The notes below the pieces were generated by a model, which ran no database searches, had not been told where the DNA came from, and was given only the letters and a program-made list of their open reading frames with translations. 64,000 nucleotides of DNA, from contig BTUM01000008.1 of assembly GCA_045863235.1 (NCBI GenBank), positions 64,001 through 128,000 on the forward strand, in the 5' to 3' direction. The stretch comes from Candidatus Xenobia bacterium. GTDB lineage: Bacteria > Vulcanimicrobiota > Xenobia > Xenobiales > QWHO01. The position numbers were made by a program, and so were the translations under genes. Positions 23,162 through 32,395 of the stretch are shown piece after piece. Positions within the stretch are counted from its first letter, which is position 1, and each line of letters opens with the position of its first letter.

Positions 23162-24271
23162 TCAGCGTCCGCCCTGCAGCGCTCCGGTCAGGTCAGCCAC
23201 CAGGTTGGGGTAGTTGGCCTTCACAAAGCCCTGCAGGTCGTCCTTCAAGCCAGGCAGCTCCGTCTCGAGGGCCGAAAGGGCGTCCTGGCGTAGCTCGGGG
23301 TAGTGGCTCTCCAGGCTTTCCAGAGCCCGGCTGAGCAGGCGAGGGTGCTTCTCTTCCAGGGTGCGGGCCACCACCGAGGGCAGCTCGGGGAACTCGGCCA
23401 GCACCGCCTGACGGAAGCTCTGGCGAGCCTGGCGCCGGGCCGTGCGCACCGTGGCGGGCAACTCGGGGTAGTCCTGCTCGATCAGGCCCAGCACCGCCTC
23501 GGCGCTGGTGCCCGGGGGACGGCTCTCGAGTGCTTTGAGCACGTCCAGGGCGGCCGAGCGCAGCTCGGTCTTATGGCGCGCGTGCAGCTCGCGGGCCGCC
23601 CGGGCAAGAAAGCCCGGGTGGTTCTCAGCCAGCCACAGCAGGGGGCGCTCGCCGCGCCGACGAGCCCGCATCAGCTCCCCCACCAGTCCGGGCTGCTCGC
23701 GATCAGCCAGCTCGGACAGGTCGCCCAGCAAGCGCAGGGCCAGCCCCGGGTGCTTCTCGCGCAGGGTCTGCCAGGCCAGGCCCCTGGGACTGTCGGCCCG
23801 GTTGCGACCAAGCAGTTGCAAGAAGGCGGTGCGGAAACCAGGATGGCGCGTCTCCACAGCCTCGGCTACGGCCAGCCTGGGTCGGTGCTGCTGACGCAGC
23901 CGGGCCATACGGGCGGGAAAGTCGGGATAGCGGGCCAACACGGCTTCCTGCACGTCCAGGAAGGCCTGGGCCGGCTCGTCGCCCAGGTCCTCGAGCAGGT
24001 GGCGGGCAATTGCGAAAGGGAGCCCCGGATATTTCTGGCGCAAGCTCAGCAGAGCCCGGGCTCCCCGCACCTCGTAGTTGGGATAGCGCTCATCGAGGTG
24101 AGCTGCGATGGCTTCGGGCACGTTCGCGTAACGCTCGTGCAGCAGCTCGCGGGCGGCCAGGCGACGGGTGGGGGTGGAGTTCTTGAGAGCCTCCCTGAGC
24201 TCTTCAGTCTGAGCGGCCGCGCCGCCCGCCATGAGGGCGACCAGGGAGAGTGCCAGAATCGGCTTTCGCAT
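23162..24271 (-). CDS. Exported helical protein with 15-aa x(Y/H)Px(L/F) repeats
   Basis: GGAGGA RBS; signal peptide MRKPILALSLVALMAGGAAA; repeats visible in translation. Confidence 0.8.
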   Translation of the reverse strand: MRKPILALSLVALMAGGAAAQTEELREALKNSTPTRRLAARELLHERYANVPEAIAAHLDERYPNYEVRGARALLSLRQKYPGLPFAIARHLLEDLGDEPAQAFLDVQEAVLARYPDFPARMARLRQQHRPRLAVAEAVETRHPGFRTAFLQLLGRNRADSPRGLAWQTLREKHPGLALRLLGDLSELADREQPGLVGELMRARRRGERPLLWLAENHPGFLARAARELHARHKTELRSAALDVLKALESRPPGTSAEAVLGLIEQDYPELPATVRTARRQARQSFRQAVLAEFPELPSVVARTLEEKHPRLLSRALESLESHYPELRQDALSALETELPGLKDDLQGFVKANYPNLVADLTGALQGGR

Positions 24272-24317
24272 CGTGTTCCTCCGAGGATGAAGATGACTCG
24301 AGTCTAGCCGGTAGAGG

Positions 24318-25703
24318 TCAGCAAACCTGAGAGGTTTCCAAAGAAACTGTAAAGACAGCCCGAGTGCCCTGACCGGGCGAGGCGCCCAGCTCCAGCTCGC
24401 CTCCGTGAGCCCGGGCCAGGCGCCTGGCGATGGGCAGGCCCAGTCCCCGGGTGGCGCTCGGGTCGAAGCCGCAACCGTCGTCAGAAACCGACACCTCCAG
24501 GCGCTGGCCGATCGGTTGCAGGCGCAGGCAGACGCTGGTGCCGGCTCCGGCGTGATAGACGGCATTCTCAAGCAAGATCTGCAGGAGCTCGCGCAGGCGA
24601 ACCGGATCGCCCACCACCCGGACGCTCTGGTCGGTCCCCTCCAACCGCAGGCTGACCTGGCGGGACTCGGCCGCCGGCGCCAGGGTGTCCACCACCAGCC
24701 CCAGCGGCTCGCGCAGGTCGAAGGCGACTTTCTGCAGATGAGGCTCGCTGGACTCCCAGCGCGAGAGGTCCACCAACCGCTGCAAGGTCTGAGAGACGTA
24801 GAGCACCTCGCGGGAGATCTTCTCCAACTCGTCCCCCTGGGCCATGCCCTCTTGCAGGGCTTCGGTCCAGCCCAATACGGCCGCAAGCGGGGTGCGCAGG
24901 TTGTGGGAGACGTCGGCCAGGAACTGACGCTGGTTCTGCTCGAGCCGCTCGACCCGACGTTTTTCCTCGGACAGGTGACGCACAGTTTCCTGAAGCCGTG
25001 AAGCCATCTCGTTGAAGCTCTTGCCCAGCTCTGCCAGCTCGCCCGAGCCTGTCACCTCCACCCGGCGCGATAGCTCGAGATCGCCCAGGTCCCGGGTGGC
25101 CGCGGCCAGCTTCTGCACCGGTCCGGAGATGGAGGAGCTGAGCCAGAGACCGGCCGCGAAGGCCACCAGCGCCCCGGCCAGACCCGAGAGAACCACCCCG
25201 CGCAAGAGCTGAGAGCGGGCGTCGGCCGGCAGCCGCTCGTGGGGAGGCAGAGGACGCATCCGCACCTTGAGGGCGCCTCCCTCCCCCACTGTCAGCTCCT
25301 GATCGGCCGGAAAGCGCATGACCAGACCGAACACCGGCCTGGGACCGCCGGCTCCGGGAGGAGGGGCCACGGCCACCCGCTGGTCGAGCGGGGGACCGGG
25401 CTGCAGGCGAGCGGGAGGCTGGGGACGGAGCGCTCGGGGGCCCTGGCCGGGCACCTCCAGGATGAGGTCCACACCCGGGGGGAGCGGCATCGACTCGGCC
25501 TCCTCCACGACCGCCTCCCAGCCTCCGGAGGAATAGGCCCGATCCAGCCGGGCCTGCCACTGGCCCTTCCAGTGGGAGATCGCCTCGTCGCGGAAGTGGT
25601 TAGCGGCGGGGATGGTCAACAGCGCGTGGGCCACCGCCAGGGTCACCAGGAACAGACCGATGACCATCAGGTAGGAGAGGGCCAGACGAAGCCTCAGGCG
25701 CAC
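24318..25703 (-). CDS. HAMP sensor histidine kinase
   Basis: Two TMs, HAMP, DVSHNLRTPL H-box, ENAVYH, DDGCG, GLGL. Confidence 0.93.
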   Translation of the reverse strand: MRLRLRLALSYLMVIGLFLVTLAVAHALLTIPAANHFRDEAISHWKGQWQARLDRAYSSGGWEAVVEEAESMPLPPGVDLILEVPGQGPRALRPQPPARLQPGPPLDQRVAVAPPPGAGGPRPVFGLVMRFPADQELTVGEGGALKVRMRPLPPHERLPADARSQLLRGVVLSGLAGALVAFAAGLWLSSSISGPVQKLAAATRDLGDLELSRRVEVTGSGELAELGKSFNEMASRLQETVRHLSEEKRRVERLEQNQRQFLADVSHNLRTPLAAVLGWTEALQEGMAQGDELEKISREVLYVSQTLQRLVDLSRWESSEPHLQKVAFDLREPLGLVVDTLAPAAESRQVSLRLEGTDQSVRVVGDPVRLRELLQILLENAVYHAGAGTSVCLRLQPIGQRLEVSVSDDGCGFDPSATRGLGLPIARRLARAHGGELELGASPGQGTRAVFTVSLETSQVC

Positions 25704-26387
25704 CTAAACCTCGTAGCGGTAGCCCACGCCCCAGATAGAGCGAATGGGCCCGGCCCAGCCCGGCTTGCGCAGCTTGTCGCGCAGGTTGCTGATATGAACG
25801 TCCACCCGGCGCGTGTCGCCGGTATACTCCGGGCCCCAGACCCGGTCGAGCAACTCGTCGCGCGTGAAATTCTTGCCCGGCGCCCCGGACAGGACCCGCA
25901 ACAGGTCATATTCGCGGGGAGTGAGCTCGAGCGGCTCGTCGTCGAGGAAGGCGCGGCGGGACTCCTCGTCGACGCGCACCGGACCCGAAGGGCGGGTGCC
26001 CACTGCCGCTGCGGCCGGCAAACGGGCCCGGCGCAGCAGAGCCTTCACCCGGGCCAGCAGCTCGCGCGAGGAGAAGGGCTTGGTCAGGTAGTCGTCGGCC
26101 CCCAGCTCCAGCCCGGCCACCCGGTCGGCCTCCTCGCCTCTGGCGGTCAGGATGAGAATGGGAACATGGCTGGTCTTGCGCACCTCGCGGGTGACCTCCA
26201 GCCCGTCCGGTCCCGGAATCATGAGGTCTTGAATGAGCAGGTCGACGGGGCTCTTCACCAGCTTGAGCGCCTCGTGGCCGTCGCGGGCCAGCACCACCTC
26301 GAAGCCGTCGCGCTCGAGAAAGCGCCGCAGGATGTCGCGGATCTCCTCTTCGTCGTCCACCACCAGAATGCGCCCACGGTTGCTCAT
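25704..26387 (-). CDS. OmpR-family response regulator
   Basis: VVDDE, DLMIP, GADDYLTKPF, VDVHISNLR, WGVGYR. Confidence 0.95.
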   Translation of the reverse strand: MSNRGRILVVDDEEEIRDILRRFLERDGFEVVLARDGHEALKLVKSPVDLLIQDLMIPGPDGLEVTREVRKTSHVPILILTARGEEADRVAGLELGADDYLTKPFSSRELLARVKALLRRARLPAAAAVGTRPSGPVRVDEESRRAFLDDEPLELTPREYDLLRVLSGAPGKNFTRDELLDRVWGPEYTGDTRRVDVHISNLRDKLRKPGWAGPIRSIWGVGYRYEV

Positions 26388-26686
26388 CGCTGGAAAGTTC
26401 TCGTCGACCAACCCCCGATCCCTGGCGGAATGGGCTTGTACTTTCTTTACAAACTTTGGATTCTTCTTGAGCCAGGCAGCAGGACGACCTGACCGTGGCA
26501 GCGCTGGTCTTTCACGGTCCGGTTTCCCTGGCCCGAAACTCGGAGAAAATTTCAAAATCGAACAACCTGTTCGAAAGGAGCCCCGCAGTACTTGAAGAAT
26601 TTTTATCAAGACCTGCCTGATCCATGAGCTGCAAGCCTCGAGCTTGCGACTGTAGGAATCTCCTTCAAGAAAGGTGGAAGCCGCTG

Positions 26687-27967
26687 ATGCCGTCGCCTTC
26701 CAATAGTCTGTATCCCGCCCGGATCTTCGTCGTCGGAATGGGTGGAGCCGGGTGCAACCTGGTCAACCGTCTGGCCGAGAACCCTCCCGCCGGGGTCAAC
26801 CTGGTGCTGGCCAACACCGACGCCCAGGCCCTGCACTCCTCACGTCGCGGCCCCACCATGCTGCATCTGGGAGAAGGCTCCACCAAAGGCCTGGGGGCCG
26901 GAGCCAACCACGAGCTGGGCCGGCTGGCTGCCGAGAACTCGGTGGGCAAGATGCGCGAGCTCTTCCAGGGAGGAGACCTGGTCTTCTTGACGGCCGGGAT
27001 GGGCGGCGGAACCGGCACCGGCTCTGCTCCCGTGGCGGCCCGCGAAGCTCGCAAGGCGGGGGCGCTTGTAGTGGCCGTCGTCACCACCCCCTTCGAGTTC
27101 GAGGGCACTCGCCGCAATCGAATCGCCGAGGCGGGCATCGCCGCCCTGGAAGCCGAGGTGGATACCCTGCTGGTGCTGCCGAACCAGAAGCTGCTCTCCA
27201 TCGGAGCCGGTGTTTGCCCCCTGCACGAGAGCTTCGGTATCGTGGATCAGGTGCTCTGCGACGCGGTGCGCGGGATGACCGAGCTGGTCACGACCCCCGG
27301 CGTCATCAACCTCGACTTTGCCGACGTGCGGGCCGTGCTCCAGAACGGCGGACGCGGATTGTTTGGAATGGCCACGGCGCCCACCGCCACGGCGGCTGTC
27401 GAGCAAGCCCTCAAGAATCCGCTGGTGGGGGGCTCGCCGGACGGCTCGGCCGGAGCACTGCTGAACATCACCGCAGGTCCCGACCTGTCCATTCAAGACT
27501 ATTCCAGAGCCTGCGCCATGCTGCAAGAAGCTGCTTCGCCTCGAGCCCTCATCCTGTGCGGCCTGGTGCAAGACCCGTCCATGCAGGGCCGGGTCCGAGC
27601 CACGGTGGTGGCCACCCAGGTTCAGGCCAACGCCGAGGTGGTCGGGCAGCCCGGCTTCCTGGCTGGAGCCACCGAGTTCGAGTTCCAGTTGCAGCAGCCT
27701 GAGTTGCTGCCGGTTGGTGCAACGGCCGCGGCGGCTCCCTCGCCCGAGGTCGGGTTGACCGAGCGTCGCCTGCGCCCCGGGCTGGTGGAGAAGGGGTTTG
27801 CCTTCAACGAGCGTTCCATCGAACGACTGGAGCGCAAGCCCACCGCTGATCCCCGCCCCGTGGCCGAAGACAAGCGACGCAACGGTTGGATGGACCTGCC
27901 GGCCATCTGGCGACGGGCCCGCCGCACACCCAACTCGGCCAGCGACGAGAAGGCGGCCGAAGCCTGA
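26687..27967 (+). CDS. ftsZ: Cell division protein FtsZ
   Basis: GMGGGTGTG signature, NTDAQAL, INLDFAD T7 loop, C-terminal MDLPAIWRR peptide. Confidence 0.93.
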   Translation: MPSPSNSLYPARIFVVGMGGAGCNLVNRLAENPPAGVNLVLANTDAQALHSSRRGPTMLHLGEGSTKGLGAGANHELGRLAAENSVGKMRELFQGGDLVFLTAGMGGGTGTGSAPVAAREARKAGALVVAVVTTPFEFEGTRRNRIAEAGIAALEAEVDTLLVLPNQKLLSIGAGVCPLHESFGIVDQVLCDAVRGMTELVTTPGVINLDFADVRAVLQNGGRGLFGMATAPTATAAVEQALKNPLVGGSPDGSAGALLNITAGPDLSIQDYSRACAMLQEAASPRALILCGLVQDPSMQGRVRATVVATQVQANAEVVGQPGFLAGATEFEFQLQQPELLPVGATAAAAPSPEVGLTERRLRPGLVEKGFAFNERSIERLERKPTADPRPVAEDKRRNGWMDLPAIWRRARRTPNSASDEKAAEA

Positions 27968-27993
27968 CGGTTTCAAGGGAGGGTTCCGCCCGG

Positions 27994-28025
27994 GGCCAGG
28001 CTCACATTTGAGCCTGGCCTTCTTG
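27994..28025 (+). terminator. Probable intrinsic terminator after ftsZ
   Basis: GGCCAGGCTCA-CATT-TGAGCCTGGCC 11-bp stem followed by TTCTT. Confidence 0.7.
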
Positions 28026-28080
28026 CTGAAAGAGTATCCAGGGCGCGGGCGGCGAAGATCTCAAGATGCCGCTCACCGTG

Positions 28081-28110
28081 TTGAGAGCCATCCCTGGTGA
28101 ATGCTATAAT
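28081..28110 (+). promoter_or_regulatory. Sigma70-type promoter for the TPR-HD-GYP gene
   Basis: TTGAGA-18 nt-TATAAT with extended TG (TGcTATAAT). Confidence 0.7.
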
Positions 28111-28119
28111 GGTTAGGTC

Positions 28120-30399
28120 TTGAAAAGCGAGTTCTTCATAGCCCGTCTCGAGCGGGCCCTGGTGGAGCGCCCCAACGACCCCTCGCTTCACTACGAATTC
28201 GGGCATTACTTTTTCAAGCAGGGCGAGTGGGTCCGCGCCCAACGATCGCTGGAGAAGGCGGCCACGCTCGATCCGCGCATGACCCGGGCCAGCTTCGAGC
28301 TGGGCATCTGTTACACGCGCCTGCGCAATTACGAATCGGCCATCCGCGAGTGGGAGAAGATGACCGACCACGACCAGGACTTGAACCTGGACGACATCGA
28401 CTACTCGCGCGGTCAAGACATCGCCGGGGCCCTGCAAGAGTGGGATCGCTATCGGGCGTCGGCACCCGACGACATCTTCAAGTTTTACTATCTGGGAATC
28501 GCGGCCCTGGTGCTTGGCCGGCCCCAGCAGGCTATGAGCGACTTCGACAAGGTGGTGGCCTTCAACCAGAATTTCAATCGGGTCCGCTACTATCGCGGCC
28601 GGGCGCAGCACCGGTTGGGCAAGTTCATGGAGGCGGGCCAGGAGTTCATGGCCCAACTCGAGTCGCGCCCTCGAGACTTCAACTCGCTCTACTTCGCCGG
28701 GGCCTGTCTGGTGGAGCTCGGGCGCACCCCCCAGGCCCTGCAGGCCTTCAACCGGGCCCTGCAAGAGCGACCGGTCTACGTCAAGCTGCATGTCAAAATG
28801 GGCACCGCCTACGCCAACATGATGCAATTCGACCAGGCCACCGAGTGCTTTCGCAAGGCCCTGAACGTACAGCCCAACCTGTTCCAGGCCCACTTCGAGC
28901 TGGCCCGTTGCCTGGAGAAGCAGTATCTCATGGACGAGGCGGTGGAGGCCTACGAGAAAGCCCTCGAGATCCGCCCCACTTACAAGGAAGCCGCTCTGAG
29001 CCTGGGCTTCTTGCTCAAGAACCTGGGCAAGCACGTGCAGGCTCTGCAGTATCTCAAGCGGGTCATCGAGCTCGACCCGAATGAAGCCGAGGCCTACTAC
29101 CTGGCCGGGGTGATCTTGAGCGCCCTGAACCGCTATGCCGAAGCCGTGCCCCAGTATCAGAAGGCGCTCCGCATCCAGCCTCGCCACTCCTACGCCCACT
29201 ATGCGCTGGGCAAGGCACTTCTCAAGTGCGATCAGGTGGACGAAGCCATCGAGGCCTTCCGCCAGGCGCTCGAGCAGAACGAACGCGACAGCCAGTCGCG
29301 CACTGCTCTCGGCATGGCCTACTTCCAGAAAGGGCAACATGCCCTGGCCCGGCGTCAGTTCGAGAAGGTGGTCGAGGCCAATCCGCGCGACGCCGAGGCC
29401 CAGTACTTCCTCGGGGTGGTGCACTTCAAGCAGCACGCTTACGACCTGGCCATCGAGGCCTACCAGAACGCGGCCAACCTGCATCCCAACAGCGCGCTGC
29501 GCTACTTTACCCAGGGCGCCTTCCACTCTTACAACCGGCAATACGATCACGCCATCGAGGAATACAAGAAGGCGACCGAGCTCCGGCCCGACACCGAGGC
29601 CGACCTGCAGCTCTTCGCCGTGCTCCAGCTGCAGGCCACCGTGGGCTTGAACCTGGCCCAGCAGGGCCGCGAGCTGCAGAAATTTGCCCTGGCTCAGGAA
29701 GAGGTGTTCATCCGCTTCGTGCAGGCCATCTCCTCCGCCCTGGACGCCAAAGACCCCTATACCCGCTTCCACTCCAAGCAGGTCGCCTACATTGGCACCC
29801 GCCTGGCACAGCAGCTCGGGCTCCCCGACGACAAGCTCAAGGAGATCATGATCGGGGGCTGGCTGCACGACATCGGCAAAATCGGCATTCGTGACGAGGT
29901 CTTGAATAAGGCCGGCAAGCTCACCGACGAGGAGCGCAAGCTGATCCAACGGCATCCCGAGATCGGGGCCGAGATCCTCCGCCAGGTGTTCCCGGAAGAG
30001 GTTGAGGGCAAGGAGGTCATCTACCGGATCCCCTGGGACGTCATCCCCATGGTGCTGCATCACCACGAAAAATGGGATGGCACAGGCTATCCGCATGGCC
30101 TGGCCGGGGAAGACATCCCATACACCGCTCAGATCATCGGGGTGGCCGACTTCTACGACGCACTCACCACGAACCGACCTTACCGCAAGGCGCTGGCTCC
30201 CGGCGTGGCCATGAACGAGATGCGCCAGCTGGTGGGGAAATTCTTCAGCCCCGTGCTCATCGACGCCTTCGAGACCATTCTCGACGAACTGGTGCTGGCC
30301 ATGCCCCCGCCCGTCGAGCTCGACGCCGCAGGTGTGCCCAAACTCGGCGACGATGCTTGGGATGGCCTCACCCAGTCGTGGAATTTCGTTCTTAAATAA
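28120..30399 (+). CDS. Multi-TPR protein with C-terminal HD-GYP phosphodiesterase
   Basis: Many TPR units; DAKDPYT..HS, LHDIGK, HHEKWDGTGYPHGL, RPYR. Confidence 0.93.
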   Translation: MKSEFFIARLERALVERPNDPSLHYEFGHYFFKQGEWVRAQRSLEKAATLDPRMTRASFELGICYTRLRNYESAIREWEKMTDHDQDLNLDDIDYSRGQDIAGALQEWDRYRASAPDDIFKFYYLGIAALVLGRPQQAMSDFDKVVAFNQNFNRVRYYRGRAQHRLGKFMEAGQEFMAQLESRPRDFNSLYFAGACLVELGRTPQALQAFNRALQERPVYVKLHVKMGTAYANMMQFDQATECFRKALNVQPNLFQAHFELARCLEKQYLMDEAVEAYEKALEIRPTYKEAALSLGFLLKNLGKHVQALQYLKRVIELDPNEAEAYYLAGVILSALNRYAEAVPQYQKALRIQPRHSYAHYALGKALLKCDQVDEAIEAFRQALEQNERDSQSRTALGMAYFQKGQHALARRQFEKVVEANPRDAEAQYFLGVVHFKQHAYDLAIEAYQNAANLHPNSALRYFTQGAFHSYNRQYDHAIEEYKKATELRPDTEADLQLFAVLQLQATVGLNLAQQGRELQKFALAQEEVFIRFVQAISSALDAKDPYTRFHSKQVAYIGTRLAQQLGLPDDKLKEIMIGGWLHDIGKIGIRDEVLNKAGKLTDEERKLIQRHPEIGAEILRQVFPEEVEGKEVIYRIPWDVIPMVLHHHEKWDGTGYPHGLAGEDIPYTAQIIGVADFYDALTTNRPYRKALAPGVAMNEMRQLVGKFFSPVLIDAFETILDELVLAMPPPVELDAAGVPKLGDDAWDGLTQSWNFVLK

Positions 30400-30530
30400 A
30401 AGTTTATCGCCCCTACGCGGTGAACAGGCCCGTCCCTGCGGGGCAGGAACCCGGAGTGTCTCCGGGGAACTTAGGATTTTCACCGCTTTTGGAATAAATT
30501 TCAAGTCAGAACGCTTTGTTTGGGGTGATT

Positions 30531-32279
30531 GTGGTGTCCAATCGATCCGCTAAAATCCTGGCCCTTTTGTTGTGGTGCCTGACTTCACAGGCCTTTGGCC
30601 AGACTATCTACGACCGGATGATTTTTCAAAATCAGGAGCTGACCCCGGCCATATCCCAGCAAGGTCCTCGGGCCCTGGTCAACCTGCAAGACCCCATGGT
30701 GCGCCGCCTGGTCGACCTCTCCTCGGCCCGGCTGCACTGGTCCACCACCGGTCAGACGCTATTCGTCTATGCACCGGGGCGCGAGAGCTTCTGGACCTTT
30801 AACTCGCCCACTGTCACGGTCAACGGACAAGAGATCACGGCACCCGGGCGTATGTTCGGCGACCAGGTCACCACCATGATCGAGCCCGCCGCCCTGATCT
30901 ACGCGCTCTGCTTGCGCGCCGTGCCATCCACTGCGGGTGGCCCCACCCAGCTCCTGCCCATGCTGCAGTCAGTCTCGATCTCCAAGGAAGCCTACCCGAC
31001 CGTGACCATCCGGGCTTCGGCGCCACTCACTTACACCGTCGAGAAGCCGGAAGCCGGACTGGTGGTGCTCAAGTTCAGCGACCTGATCTGGGCCGGCGAG
31101 GGCCGCAACTTTTCCCAGGGAAGCCTGAAGGCCGAAGTGATCGGGGGCAGTCTCCCCGGAGAGCCGCTGGAAGTGCGCTTGCAGCTTCCCCCCGCGTGGG
31201 ACGGGCAACTCAAGCCGGGCACCTTCAAGAACGAGCTGGCCATCACCACGGTCCCCAGCTCCCAGTTGGTGGGAGCCGGTCCTCCGGTAGGCCTGCAGCG
31301 CATCGACTACCGACGGGTGGACGGGGACGATCTGGTCATTTTCTACGCTGAGGATCCGGTTCGCTTCAGCTGGGAGTTCGACCCCACCAGCCGCGTGCTG
31401 ATCATGGAGTTCCCCGGTGTCACGATGGACGCTCCCCCGAATCCCCTGGAGGCTCCCGGCGCACCCCTGTCGGCCGGACGCTTCGAGCAACTCGACGCGG
31501 ACGGCATCCCGGTGCTGCGCTTCACCGGCCAGGTAGCCCCCGGCTATGCCTATGAGTTCTTCGAGATCGAGAACGCGCGCGGGTCGCTGGTGCTGCGACT
31601 GGCACCCGAAACCAGCCTGACACGGCTGGAAAACAAAGGAACTGCCGCGACCCGGGGCTACGTGGCCGCGGGTGGCCGCGGGGTGGTGGTCATCGACGCC
31701 GGTCATGGCGGCGGCGACCCGGGCTGCTACAGCCGCCACCACGGGGTCTACGAGAAGGACATCACCCTGGACATCGCCCGCCGGCTCAAGACCGTGCTCG
31801 AGCGTCAGGGCTGGAAAGTGCTGATGACCCGCGAGACCGACCGAGACGTGACCTACGCCGGCTCGCCCGACAAGATGGAGCTGCAGGCTCGCTGCGATGT
31901 GGCCAACGACGTGGGTGCGGACCTCTTCATCAGCATCCACTGCAATGCCAGCGCCAGTGGCCAGGGGAACGGCACCTCCATCCACTGGTACAAAGAAGAA
32001 GACTACGAATTCGCTCGCAACCTCGAGCCCATGCTGGGCGAGGCCATCGGGGTGGGCAACCAGGGGCTGCGACGCGACTCGTTCTACGTGCTGCGCCACA
32101 CCAGCATGCCGGCCGTGCTGGTGGAGACCGCCTACTTGAGTCATCCACACGATTCCTCGCGGCTGGTCCAGCCGCAGGTGCGTCAGTTGATCGCCGAGCG
32201 TCTGGCCGGAGGACTGGTGCAGTTCATGAGCGGTCGCTACGCTCGGGCCGGCAATTACCGCCAGCAGCCGATGCGCTGA
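30531..32279 (+). CDS. N-acetylmuramoyl-L-alanine amidase (Amidase_3) with N-terminal beta domains
   Basis: Signal peptide; IDAGHGGGDPG, EKDITL, SIHCNA, VLVETAY; start codon approximate. Confidence 0.9.
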   Translation: MVSNRSAKILALLLWCLTSQAFGQTIYDRMIFQNQELTPAISQQGPRALVNLQDPMVRRLVDLSSARLHWSTTGQTLFVYAPGRESFWTFNSPTVTVNGQEITAPGRMFGDQVTTMIEPAALIYALCLRAVPSTAGGPTQLLPMLQSVSISKEAYPTVTIRASAPLTYTVEKPEAGLVVLKFSDLIWAGEGRNFSQGSLKAEVIGGSLPGEPLEVRLQLPPAWDGQLKPGTFKNELAITTVPSSQLVGAGPPVGLQRIDYRRVDGDDLVIFYAEDPVRFSWEFDPTSRVLIMEFPGVTMDAPPNPLEAPGAPLSAGRFEQLDADGIPVLRFTGQVAPGYAYEFFEIENARGSLVLRLAPETSLTRLENKGTAATRGYVAAGGRGVVVIDAGHGGGDPGCYSRHHGVYEKDITLDIARRLKTVLERQGWKVLMTRETDRDVTYAGSPDKMELQARCDVANDVGADLFISIHCNASASGQGNGTSIHWYKEEDYEFARNLEPMLGEAIGVGNQGLRRDSFYVLRHTSMPAVLVETAYLSHPHDSSRLVQPQVRQLIAERLAGGLVQFMSGRYARAGNYRQQPMR

Positions 32280-32395
32280 AGGCTGGCGATGTTACCACGA
32301 TGTAACCGGATGGACACGCCCTAGACGGGAAAAACCCGGTGCGGTATAGGAAGGCAAGACAGAGAAGACAAGACGTTGTTGAGGAGGATATCGAG

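Noticed and set aside
23162..24886. 574-aa ORF as called by the track
   Set aside because: Its first 205 codons overlap the histidine kinase; the real start is ATG 24271 with RBS and signal peptide
27973..30504. 843-aa antisense ORF and many similar long shadow ORFs
   Set aside because: Mirror frames of real GC-rich genes, with no motifs or RBS
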